Source: Desulfobacteraceae bacterium
GTDB lineage: Bacteria > Desulfobacterota > DSM-4660 > Desulfatiglandales > HGW-15
Direction of reading: 5' to 3'
Length of the DNA: 50,845 nt
NCBI GenBank assembly: GCA_050050615.1
Contig: JASFTV010000001.1
Coordinates: 1 to 50,845, forward strand
How positions within the stretch are numbered: position 1 is the stretch's first letter; every line of letters starts with the position of its first letter. Of the stretch, positions 15,982 to 24,605 are shown piece after piece. Made by a program: the position numbers and the translations under genes. The notes beneath the pieces are model-generated. The model ran no database searches and had not been told where the DNA came from. It saw only the letters and a list, made by a program, of their open reading frames with translations.

Positions 15982-18876
15982 CTTCTCCAGGTTCCAGTCG
16001 ACGCGCAGCCGGACCCTTTGGTCATCCTGCTTCGTTTTGTAAATGAGGTAGCCGTTCTTGAGGCCATATTGGAAGAGATCTCTTGTGATGGCCACATCGT
16101 GCCGGCAATATTCGATCACTTTGTCGATCTGCCCTTGCTTGAACCATTCCAAGGCCTGAAGACCGTCCGCGGTCTTGCCTTGATCTAAAGTCTCCACGGC
16201 CAGGTGTTCAAGTCCAAGGCGAAAGCCGAGTCGCCGATAAATGTCCTCAAGGATGTCGAAAGTGGTCAGTTCCATGAGGTCCTTGGCCGAATAGGCCCCT
16301 AAGACCGCATAATCGAATCTTTTGATATTGAAGCCCACCACCAGATCCGCTTTTTCAAGACGGGCAAATAGCTCTTCGATCTCATCCTCCATGAAGATTT
16401 CAAAACGGTTTTCTAGGGTGTCGAAGATGACAGCCACGGAGACACCCATAAGATGACTGTTCTGCCAACCTCCCACCTCTTCGGCGGATCTCCGGGTCTC
16501 CACATCAAGGTAGATGATCCTCGGTTCAGTGGGTGCAGGTTGGTGTGCCTCTTCCATGGGGGAAATGGGTTGTGGCTCGATGTCTCCTTCCGCCTCCAGG
16601 AATTGCCCCAGGGAAATGTGCCCCAGAAGGAATTCCAGGATCGTGATAGCCGCTTTTTTATCCAAGGGTTTGTTTCCTGAACCGCATTTCGGTGAATGGA
16701 TGCATGATGGACAGCCATCTTCACATTCACAGTTGTTGAGATGATCCAGGGTTTTCTCCAGGAGCTCAAGAACAATCTCAAAACCATGTTGTGCCAGGCC
16801 CACACCTCCTGGATATCCGTCATAGATGAAGATTGCGCTTTTGCCGACCTGGGGGTGGTATGTATAGCAGATGCCGCCGATATCGTTTCTGTCACAGAGG
16901 GCGAAAAGAGGAAAGATGCCTATGGCGGCATGTTCAACAGCGTGGATGCCGCCCATGAAATGAAGCCCTTTGTCCTCGATGATTTTGTGTATAGGGGTTT
17001 CGATCTCGATCCAGAACCCGATGGTCTCGAATATTTGTGGCGGCAACTCCAGAGGATAGACACCGAGCAACTCTTGACCGGGCAGGGCCCGTTTTTCATA
17101 ACCCGTGATCGATTCGGTCACCTTAAGCAGTCCTTCCCGGACGAGAAACTGTCCCTTTGGCCTGCTGCGATTGATTCGGATGATCTCGGTCTCTTTTTCG
17201 GTGCGTGCCCTCGTGAAATATTTGAGCTCGGATTGGTGAGCGATGATATCTTTCTTTTCGAGGTCTAGATCATGGACCAGATACTGCCTGGCTCGATGCA
17301 GATAAACGGCCCCCGGATGACATTCCTTAAACGCCCTGATGCCGTCGACGGTGCCAATCGCCTCGCCAGTCTTTTTTTCAAAGACGGTGTAAGTCTCTCC
17401 TGTGGAGCGGATATTCACCTGCTGGTGGGGACGGCGCTTTGTGGCAAACCAGGTGGGTTTGCCCTCTACTGTGCGTGTCAGGCTCCCCTCCATTTCCAGT
17501 CCTTCAAGGCGATGGGCCAGGTCTTTTGACCAGAATTGTGCATCGTCGAGGGTGATCGGTTTTTCAGCAGCAGCGCAGGGCAGGTGGGCGTCAACCACAT
17601 AGGGATTATGGGGGTCGAGAATGGCCGCTTCAAAGGATCTCTTAAAGAAGTCGTCGGGGTGTTTCATAAAGTACTGATCCAAGGCGTCCGGCTTAGCGAG
17701 AAGGATGATCATCGACTCCCTTCCAGAGCGGCCCACCCGGCCGCCCCGTTGCCACGTATCGATGATCGTGCCGGGGTAGCCTACCAGAAGACAAATATCC
17801 AGATAACCGATATCAATTCCCATCTCCAAGGCGCTGGTGGACACAACGCCAAGCAAATCGCCGCTTGCCAGTCTCCTTTCTATATGTCGCCTTTCTTCGG
17901 GCATAAATCCGGCGCGGTACGAGCTTATCCTTCTGCGAAGGTGGGGAGACAACTGGGAAACCCAAACGTGAATCAATTCCGTAATCTTCCTGGACCCGGT
18001 AAAGGCGATCGTCCTGAAACCTGACTGAACGCAGTGTATGAAGAGCCTGGCCGCGGAAAAATTTGGGCTTGATGCGGGGTTCAGGAAAAAGAAGTGTTGG
18101 CCAGACCTCGGAGACCCGCTGGCATCGACCACCTCAATGCTTTCTTCAATAAGGCTTTCTCCGAAAGTTTTGGGATTGTTGATTGTGGCGGATAGGAGGA
18201 CAAACTGGGGTCTCGACCTGTAAAGGCTACAGAGCCTCTTTAACCTTCGGATGATCTGGTTCATGTGAGAACCGAATATGCCGCGATATGTATGGACCTC
18301 ATCCAGGACGACAAAAGAAAGATTCTCAAAAAGCTTCTCCCAATTCTGATGGTAGGCGAGGATAGCGCGATGGAGCATATCTGGGTTCGTGACAAGAATT
18401 TCAGGAATCTTGGCCCTGATTTGCTTTCGCCTGTACGCTGATGTGTCGCCATCATAGATCTTCGCGGAGATCTCTCTATCCTTAATCCCTTTGATCATGC
18501 TGGATAGGTTTTTTAGTTGATCCTGTTCCAGGGCTTTTAAAGGGAATACATACAAAGACTTTGCAGTTTCGTTCTCAAGGAGCACTTCAAGAACAGAGAT
18601 GTTGTAGATCAGGCTCTTGCCGCTTGCTGTGGGCGTGGCGACCAGGACATTCTTACCCTCTCTAATGAGTCTTAAGGCGTCCCCCTGGTGCTTGAAAAGG
18701 TCTCTGATTCCATGCTGTTGTAGAATATTGGTTACTTGGGCGGGAAGATGTGGGTCCTCCCCGTATGCGGCCTTAACAGGGGGAATATGTCGATAGTACA
18801 CCGTTGCAGGTCCGAATTCCGGGTCGTTTTTGATGGTATTGACATATTCAGTGAGCTCTAATTGACCTCTATTCAT
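15970..18876 (-). CDS. DEAD/DEAH helicase with DUF1998 (MZB) domain, fused to a C-terminal RNase H-fold 3-prime-5-prime exonuclease (MrfA+MrfB-like)
   Basis: Track ORF 15970-18912 starts at a TTG. ATG 18876 overlaps the stop of the upstream ORF. Helicase motifs are TASGKS, DEVH, SAT and QRGGRVGR. The Cys cluster is CECEDGCPSCIHSPKC (16681-16740). Exonuclease motifs are YLDVET, GFNIKRFDYAVL and YCRHDVAITRD (about 15973-16520). Confidence 0.85.
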   Translation of the reverse strand: MNRGQLELTEYVNTIKNDPEFGPATVYYRHIPPVKAAYGEDPHLPAQVTNILQQHGIRDLFKHQGDALRLIREGKNVLVATPTASGKSLIYNISVLEVLLENETAKSLYVFPLKALEQDQLKNLSSMIKGIKDREISAKIYDGDTSAYRRKQIRAKIPEILVTNPDMLHRAILAYHQNWEKLFENLSFVVLDEVHTYRGIFGSHMNQIIRRLKRLCSLYRSRPQFVLLSATINNPKTFGESLIEESIEVVDASGSPRSGQHFFFLNPASSPNFSAARLFIHCVQSGFRTIAFTGSRKITELIHVWVSQLSPHLRRRISSYRAGFMPEERRHIERRLASGDLLGVVSTSALEMGIDIGYLDICLLVGYPGTIIDTWQRGGRVGRSGRESMIILLAKPDALDQYFMKHPDDFFKRSFEAAILDPHNPYVVDAHLPCAAAEKPITLDDAQFWSKDLAHRLEGLEMEGSLTRTVEGKPTWFATKRRPHQQVNIRSTGETYTVFEKKTGEAIGTVDGIRAFKECHPGAVYLHRARQYLVHDLDLEKKDIIAHQSELKYFTRARTEKETEIIRINRSRPKGQFLVREGLLKVTESITGYEKRALPGQELLGVYPLELPPQIFETIGFWIEIETPIHKIIEDKGLHFMGGIHAVEHAAIGIFPLFALCDRNDIGGICYTYHPQVGKSAIFIYDGYPGGVGLAQHGFEIVLELLEKTLDHLNNCECEDGCPSCIHSPKCGSGNKPLDKKAAITILEFLLGHISLGQFLEAEGDIEPQPISPMEEAHQPAPTEPRIIYLDVETRRSAEEVGGWQNSHLMGVSVAVIFDTLENRFEIFMEDEIEELFARLEKADLVVGFNIKRFDYAVLGAYSAKDLMELTTFDILEDIYRRLGFRLGLEHLAVETLDQGKTADGLQALEWFKQGQIDKVIEYCRHDVAITRDLFQYGLKNGYLIYKTKQDDQRVRLRVDWNLEKLIC

Positions 18877-19198
18877 CCTTCTTACCGAACTTGCTTCGCA
18901 TGTGTTGGGCAATCTGTTCGTGAGTCGGCTTGGGGCTTATCTTTTCCCTTCGCGCTGCTTCTGCTTTTGCCTCCTTGATAACATCACTCATAAAGGTATC
19001 TTTTTCGGAACTCCAGGAACTCCAGCCCTCCACATCGATGTATTCGTTGTAGGAGGTCAAGTAGTGCGGGTCATAGAGGCGGACCCCCTTCTCTTCGTCA
19101 AACTCATAGGTGACCCCGTTTCCGTTGAAGTGTTGGAAATCCTTTTCCTTTAATCCCATCTTTTTCAGAAGTTTCTTATGGTCTTCTCTAATTTCCAT
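18869..19198 (-). CDS. Hypothetical 109-aa protein, translationally coupled to the helicase
   Basis: A GAGGT Shine-Dalgarno lies 6 nt before ATG 19198. The stop is embedded in ATGAATAG, an 8-nt overlap with the helicase ATG. I do not recognise a family. Confidence 0.6.
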   Translation of the reverse strand: MEIREDHKKLLKKMGLKEKDFQHFNGNGVTYEFDEEKGVRLYDPHYLTSYNEYIDVEGWSSWSSEKDTFMSDVIKEAKAEAARREKISPKPTHEQIAQHMRSKFGKKDE

Positions 19199-19221
19199 TT
19201 CTTACCTCGTATCTCGTGTTG

Positions 19222-19267
19222 CTTATCGCAAATAACTTGACATATTTCAATCGCAGCGGGGGCCGTC
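19222..19267 (-). promoter_or_regulatory. Conserved upstream block (copy B) facing the 19198 operon
   Basis: It is the reverse complement of 13255-13299 with 1 substitution and 1 indel. On the minus strand it reads TTGAAA (19250-19245), a 17-nt spacer, then GATAAG (19227-19222), ending 24 nt before the ATG. Confidence 0.5.
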
Positions 19268-19470
19268 GGGATTGGTCGCCCAGACCGCAATCCTGCCCTT
19301 CATTGTGCGGGACTACTCATTGCCCATCAAAGGGGTTACGTAAAATTCTAACCGGACACTCCTGAAGGGCACCAAATTTTTGCCACTCGCCACGGAGCAG
19401 CCCTGCAAGAGTCCCTTTCAAGCGGAGATACCCTTCTGTGCCCCGCTCTTTGAGCGGGGCGGCCCCCGGT
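19268..19470. other. ~200-nt structured insert splitting the conserved block (MITE-like or sRNA-like, unclassified)
   Basis: This segment is absent from copy A. It is bounded by an imperfect direct repeat, AGCGGGGGCC (19255-19264) / AGCGGGGCGGCC (19453-19464). It contains several stems, for example GCCCCGCT-CTTTG-AGCGGGGC (19440-19460). Confidence 0.5.
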
Positions 19471-19616
19471 CGTGATTGTCATTTGGATAGGTAATCTATT
19501 TTACCACACACTGGCCCTACTGATACCCTTTGTTTTCCTCTTGTCCCGGAAGCTTTCGGGACGGGAGAAAAAGATTAGAGCTGTGCATCCTTTGCGTCTC
19601 CGCGTTGAGACGATGT

Positions 19617-21605
19617 TCAATTGCTTTGCTCATGGGCCAGATCTTTTTTGGCCGATGCCAGTTCCTCCTGTTTATATTCCCATCTTCCCATCAACCGTTC
19701 CAGTTTTTTCCTGACCTCTCCGTATTCGTTCAGAAGGGGCAGGCTTTTTTTCTTGTCTTTAAAGATACCCGGGTCTGAAAGCCTTTTCTCAATCTCCTTT
19801 TTTCTCTTTTCCAGATCGTCAATTCTCTCTTCTAGTTGACGCAATGCTTCGTGTATCGGTTTCAGAGTGGCGGCAATGAAACGCCGTCTCTCCGCCTTCT
19901 CTCTTCTTTTCATCTTTCGACTCTGCAGGCTAGGGCGGGGCGTGCTCTGAGTGGACGGCATTGTCGCTTGCTGGGCGATGGTGAGCATGTCCTTCTCATG
20001 CATCGAGAGATGGTCAAAATACTCATAAAGGGTGCCGGGATACGCCACAATGCTTTGATCCCTTATATCCCATATCTTTGTAGCCAGCCTGTTGACAAAG
20101 GACTGGTTGTGGGAGACGAAAATCAAGGTACCGTTGAACTCGGCCAAGGCATCTATAAGGATTTCCGATGACACAATGTCAAGATGATTGGTGGGCTCAT
20201 CCATAACCATCAGATTTCCGGGCTTTACCAGAATCTTTGCCAGGGACACACGCGCCCTCTCCCCGCCGGACAGGATGCCCACAGCCTTTTCCACCTCTTT
20301 TCCTGGAAAAAGAAAGGCGCCGCAGACCCCTTTCACAAAGCTAACGCTTTCGTGAGGGACCACTTGATAAACTTCCTCGACGATCGTTTTATTGGGGTCA
20401 AGCATCTCGGAGTGATGTTGGGCGTAATAGCTCCTGCTGACCCCGTGGCCCAAAATCAGCTCGCCTTGATCCGGGTCGAGTTCGCCAGCCACCATTCTTA
20501 GAAGGGTAGTCTTACCCGCGCCGTTCGGGCCAATAATGGCAATCCGTTCCCCGCGCAGGACTCTCAGATTAAGATTCTTGTACAGGATCTTGTGATCAAA
20601 ACCTTTTGAGACACCCTCGATGGTGACCACGACCCGGCCGCTCCGGCTTACTTTGGGAAAGGAAAAATGGATACGCTTTTCCTTTTTGTGGGTTTCGATC
20701 AACGCCATCTTATCGAGCAATTTTATTTTGCTCTGGGCTTGTCTCGCCTTAGAGGCTTTGGCTCGAAACCTTTCTATGAATCTTCTGGCTTCTTTGACTT
20801 TTTGCTCCTGGTTTCGGGCCCTTGCTTCTAAGGTCTTTCTCTCCTCCTCACGCGCCTTCAGATAAAGATCGTAATTCCCCTTATAGACCCTCATGCCCTC
20901 TGGCTCAAGACCGATACACCGTTCTATCTGTCGGTTCAAGAAATCCCTGTCGTGACAGATAAGTATCATCGCCCCCTTGTAACCCTGAAGGAATTCCTCC
21001 AGCCAGCGCACAGAAGGTAGATCCAGGTGATTGGTTGGCTCATCAAGGAGGAGCAAGTCCGGATTCTGATAGAGAAGACGGCCTAAGGCGGCCCGCATTT
21101 TCCAGCCTCCACTAAGGGAAGCAAGCGGTTTTTCAAAATCCTCTGACTTAAATCCCAGGCCCAGCAATATTTTTTCCGCCTTATGCGTGGGAAAGCGGGC
21201 ATCCAGGTCAATCAGCTCTTGGTGTATTTCGGCCAATCTGGCCGCTGTTTTTTCTTGCGCTTCTTGATCCGGGTTGTCCTTGAGGGAGCGTTCGATATTC
21301 GTCATCTCAAGCCTTAGCCGGTTACGAGACGGGATAGCGTCCAGAAGCGATTGGCGTAGGGTGCCGAATAGGGTTTCGTAGATGTCCTGAGGCAGGTATC
21401 CGATTCGAGTTCCTTTGGCGATTCTTATCTCTCCATGGTCTGGGGTGACCTCTCCGACGAGAAGCCTCAAGAGGGTGGTCTTTCCTGACCCGTTGGGCCC
21501 GACGAGGCCGATATGTTGCCCAGGCTCAACCTGAACATTTATCTCATGAAAAAGCTCCTTGCCCGAGAAGGCAAGGGAAAGATTTAGCAGCGTTACAAGA
21601 CTCAT
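19617..21605 (-). CDS. ABC-F family ATPase (two ABC domains, no transmembrane domain)
   Basis: 662 aa. It has two Walker A sites (GPNGSGKTT, GPNGAGKTT), two LSGG signatures, an inter-domain linker and a C-terminal coiled-coil tail. Confidence 0.9.
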   Translation of the reverse strand: MSLVTLLNLSLAFSGKELFHEINVQVEPGQHIGLVGPNGSGKTTLLRLLVGEVTPDHGEIRIAKGTRIGYLPQDIYETLFGTLRQSLLDAIPSRNRLRLEMTNIERSLKDNPDQEAQEKTAARLAEIHQELIDLDARFPTHKAEKILLGLGFKSEDFEKPLASLSGGWKMRAALGRLLYQNPDLLLLDEPTNHLDLPSVRWLEEFLQGYKGAMILICHDRDFLNRQIERCIGLEPEGMRVYKGNYDLYLKAREEERKTLEARARNQEQKVKEARRFIERFRAKASKARQAQSKIKLLDKMALIETHKKEKRIHFSFPKVSRSGRVVVTIEGVSKGFDHKILYKNLNLRVLRGERIAIIGPNGAGKTTLLRMVAGELDPDQGELILGHGVSRSYYAQHHSEMLDPNKTIVEEVYQVVPHESVSFVKGVCGAFLFPGKEVEKAVGILSGGERARVSLAKILVKPGNLMVMDEPTNHLDIVSSEILIDALAEFNGTLIFVSHNQSFVNRLATKIWDIRDQSIVAYPGTLYEYFDHLSMHEKDMLTIAQQATMPSTQSTPRPSLQSRKMKRREKAERRRFIAATLKPIHEALRQLEERIDDLEKRKKEIEKRLSDPGIFKDKKKSLPLLNEYGEVRKKLERLMGRWEYKQEELASAKKDLAHEQSN

Positions 21606-21880
21606 AATAAAAAGGACTGATTTATTTGATTGTCGGAAGAGACTGTGTTAGAGATAGTCCGTGCCGAGATCGGCAAGGATAGTCATATCAAATTATCCCC
21701 CCCATGTCATCTAGCGAGGCTATAATAGGCAAACCGTGTTTGCCGAGAGGGAGAATTATCTTTATGGCCTCAGCAACTTAGAGGATTGAATGCGAACCGT
21801 AAGGCAGGGACCGGGGTGGGCCAAGGAAATGATCCATGGTCCGTTGTCAAATTATGTCATAGGCAGCATCATGAATTATT

Positions 21881-21942
21881 GCGCGCGTTTTGTGGGGCGG
21901 GCGTGAAGCCCGCCCCTAGTCGCCCCTACGCAAAAACAGCGC
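21881..21942. repeat. GC-rich REP-like hairpin element
   Basis: The stem-loop is GGGGCGGGC-GTGAA-GCCCGCCCC (21894-21916), flanked by GCGCGTTTTG / CGCAAAAACAGCGC. A related half-motif CTAGGGGCGGGG occurs near 45920-45940. Confidence 0.5.
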
Positions 21943-21965
21943 AAGGAGAGGTACAAGGAGGGGTT

Positions 21966-23558
21966 ATGGAAATTGTACGCAAAACCATTGGCCAGATGCT
22001 CGACGAGATTGCTGAGAGGTATTCCGATCACGATGTCCTGATCCACACAGACGTGGGCATCCGTTACAATTACGGCATTTTTTTGTGGGAGGTAGAGCGG
22101 GCTGCCAAGGGCATGATCAAAATGGGTATAAAAAAAGGGGACAAGGTCGCTCTGTGGGCACCCAATATTCCTGAATGGATTGTCGCACAGATCGCCCTGA
22201 CCAAGATTGGGGCCATTTTCATCCCTGTTGATCCCGGTGCCGGGCAGGATGATCTACACTACATTCTGGAGCAATCGGATTCAAAGGCGATTATTATGGC
22301 AAGGGGCGTGGAGAATGAGGCCTATTTGGACATGATTTTTGCTGTTCGAGGCGACCTATCCTCCCTGGAACATATTTTTCTCTTTACCCCACACCCTTAT
22401 CCAGAGACTATGACGTGGGCGGAACTCACAGCGCTGGGAGATGAGGTTGATATTGAAATCCTTCAAGAAAGGGAGAAGGAGATTCGCCCGGACGATCCTG
22501 TCGCTATCATGTACACCTCGGGAACGACGGGCATGCCAAAAGGCGTTATCCTGGACCATCTGGGTCTCATCAACAAATCCATAGCTTCCACAAAGAGGCA
22601 AGGACTGACTTATCAGGACAAACTTTGTTTGTTTTTTCCCTTGTTCCATATGTTCGGCAACACATGTATCACTCTCGCAGGTCTCTTAATAGGGGCGACC
22701 ATCATTATGCCCTGCCTCAGCTTTGATCCATCCAAGATCCTAAAAGCAATTTATGAAGAAAAATGCAGTGCCCTTTACGGTTCACCGAGTATGATCATAG
22801 CGCTTCTAGATCATCCAGAGTTTAAACAAAACAGGTGGAGCACTGTGACCAAAGGGACATTAGGGGGATCTCCCTGCCCTATGGAACTGATGAAAAGGCT
22901 TGTCCAGAACGTGGGTGTGTCGGATATTACCGTAGCCTACGGCATCACGGAAGCTTCCTCTTGGATCACCATGACGCACCCCAATGATCCTTTGGAGCTT
23001 AGGGTATCCACCATCGGCACCCCATTAGAATGCAACCAAGTCAAAATTGTAGATCCTGTGACCGGAGAAGATTTGCCTCCCAACAGCCAAGGAGAACTCT
23101 GTATCAGGGGTCTTCTGATGAAGGCTTACTATAAAATGCCTGCGGCAACAACTGCAGCTATTGATAAGGAAGAGTGGTTCCATTCGGGCGATATGGGTGA
23201 GATGGATGAAAAGGGTTATGTGAAAATTACGGGGCGGCTAAAAGATGTAATCATTAGAGATGGGGTTGAGATCCATCCCGCTGAAGTGGAAGAGATGCTT
23301 TACGGGATTCCTGAGGTCTCTGAAGCCCAGGTATTTGGTTTTCCCCATCCAGGAAAAGGCCAGGAAGTGGCAGCCTGGATAAAGTTGAGACAAGGAGCAA
23401 ATCTATCGCTCGATGACTTGGTCGGATATGCAAGGAGGCATTTCGCTAAAGAAAAAGTCCCGCACTACTTTAAATTTGTTTCCGGTTTTCCTATGACGCG
23501 ATCAGGCAAAGTACAGAAGTTCAAACTCGCTGAGATGGCCGAGAAGGAGTATCTCTAG
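21966..23558 (+). CDS. AMP-dependent acyl-CoA synthetase/ligase
   Basis: Track ORF 21786-23558. ATG 21966 follows AAGGAGG, and the upstream part of the ORF is repeat-derived. Motifs include YTSGTTGMPKG, GYGITE and the C-terminal GKVQKF. Confidence 0.88.
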   Translation: MEIVRKTIGQMLDEIAERYSDHDVLIHTDVGIRYNYGIFLWEVERAAKGMIKMGIKKGDKVALWAPNIPEWIVAQIALTKIGAIFIPVDPGAGQDDLHYILEQSDSKAIIMARGVENEAYLDMIFAVRGDLSSLEHIFLFTPHPYPETMTWAELTALGDEVDIEILQEREKEIRPDDPVAIMYTSGTTGMPKGVILDHLGLINKSIASTKRQGLTYQDKLCLFFPLFHMFGNTCITLAGLLIGATIIMPCLSFDPSKILKAIYEEKCSALYGSPSMIIALLDHPEFKQNRWSTVTKGTLGGSPCPMELMKRLVQNVGVSDITVAYGITEASSWITMTHPNDPLELRVSTIGTPLECNQVKIVDPVTGEDLPPNSQGELCIRGLLMKAYYKMPAATTAAIDKEEWFHSGDMGEMDEKGYVKITGRLKDVIIRDGVEIHPAEVEEMLYGIPEVSEAQVFGFPHPGKGQEVAAWIKLRQGANLSLDDLVGYARRHFAKEKVPHYFKFVSGFPMTRSGKVQKFKLAEMAEKEYL

Positions 23559-23589
23559 TGGCCAGGGATAACATATGCCCGTCTTTTGG

Positions 23590-24111
23590 CTACTTCGGGT
23601 TTTCGGATTGGTAGTCGCCAACAAGTCGGCTTACAGCGCCTCGAACCCTCTCTGGGATGCTGGCGACATCGTCCGTGGTGCCGGTATCCCTCATTTCCCA
23701 GGTGGGTGCCCATAGCCGAATGACTGGCTTTCGCGAAAGAAAGACCGATTGGCGAACCCTGATGCTTATGCTGTACATCTTGAGATCCACCCCTTGGATC
23801 GGAAAAACCCCTATGTCCACATCTAGAAGGGCGAGGGGATAACCTCGGGAGCGTTGTAATCGCTCGAATTCTTGCTGGGGGAGGATCGTAATGCCTGCTT
23901 TGCTCAACTGTTCTTCTGTGTCTGCTCGCAACTGATCCAAGTTGATCCCTGTAGTTTCCTGGGAGCCCTCTTGGGGTTGCACCCGTACGTACATGCTGGT
24001 GAGACCGCCAAGACTGGGGTTGGACTGGCTCTGAGCCAATCCCATAAAGAGCGGGCTTTGCCATAAGAAAGGAACAAGCACGAGAATCCACAAAAGCTTC
24101 TTACGGTCCAT
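23590..24111 (-). CDS. Secreted or periplasmic hypothetical protein
   Basis: Track ORF 23590-24156. ATG 24111 follows GAAGGAGGG. The protein starts with the signal-like MDRKKLLWILVLVPFLW...GLAQS. Confidence 0.55.
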   Translation of the reverse strand: MDRKKLLWILVLVPFLWQSPLFMGLAQSQSNPSLGGLTSMYVRVQPQEGSQETTGINLDQLRADTEEQLSKAGITILPQQEFERLQRSRGYPLALLDVDIGVFPIQGVDLKMYSISIRVRQSVFLSRKPVIRLWAPTWEMRDTGTTDDVASIPERVRGAVSRLVGDYQSENPK

Positions 24112-24168
24112 ATCATCCCTCCTTCTCTTACGTTTCCACCTTTGCCCGTAGAACATCCCGAAGCGGTT

Positions 24169-24483
24169 TCATGACTTGATAATGTCCTTCACTTTATCCA
24201 CCCTTTTCTTTACATCCATAACCTTTTTGACGCCCGGAGTCTGTTCAATGACCTTCTCGGTCAACTTATTCTCGAGATCTGGCGGCTCTTTCTGTTCCCC
24301 CTTCTCCTCTGTCTCATGATCGTTTTCGGATTCTTCTTCATGCTTCAATTGCTTTTTTACCTGTTTGAACTCCCTCAACGCGCCGCCAAGGCCCTTTCCG
24401 ATTTCTGGAAGCCTTTTGGCGCCGAAAATCAAGAAAATGATGACCCCGATAATGAGTAACTCCGTTGTTCCAAGACCAAACAT
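24169..24483 (-). CDS. tatA: Twin-arginine translocase TatA/E-family subunit
   Basis: The N-terminus MFGLGTTELLIIGVIIFLIFGAKRLPEIGKGLG is followed by an acidic tail. Confidence 0.88.
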   Translation of the reverse strand: MFGLGTTELLIIGVIIFLIFGAKRLPEIGKGLGGALREFKQVKKQLKHEEESENDHETEEKGEQKEPPDLENKLTEKVIEQTPGVKKVMDVKKRVDKVKDIIKS

Positions 24484-24605
24484 AGCTCTCTCCTTTTAAC
24501 GGCCTGTGTGATGTGGCATTGTCGGCCGTCGAGCACACCGAGGCCGATAAATAGATTTCTTGAGACGGCCTCTTTCATAAGAGGTCAAACAAGGGCGCTG
24601 ATCCG

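Noticed and set aside
15970-19198. Interpreting the DUF1998 helicase locus as a phage-defence system (DISARM/Druantia-like)
   Set aside because: There are no adjacent methyltransferase, PLD/nuclease or large DUF genes, and no mobile-element context. The neighbours are housekeeping genes (comF, ykgJ, ABC-F), and the exonuclease fusion matches the MrfAB repair pair better. A defence role cannot be excluded without comparative data.
21786-21965. N-terminal 60-codon extension of the acyl-CoA synthetase ORF (TTG 21786)
   Set aside because: The extension is a read-through of the GC-rich REP-like hairpin (..FCGAGVKPAPSRPYAKT..). ATG 21966 has an AAGGAGG Shine-Dalgarno and gives a normal AMP-ligase N-terminus.
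23555-24091. 178-aa ORF in another frame of the 23590-24111 gene
   Set aside because: Its composition is extremely Arg/Pro/His-rich and it has no Shine-Dalgarno. The competing frame has a GGAGG Shine-Dalgarno and a signal peptide.
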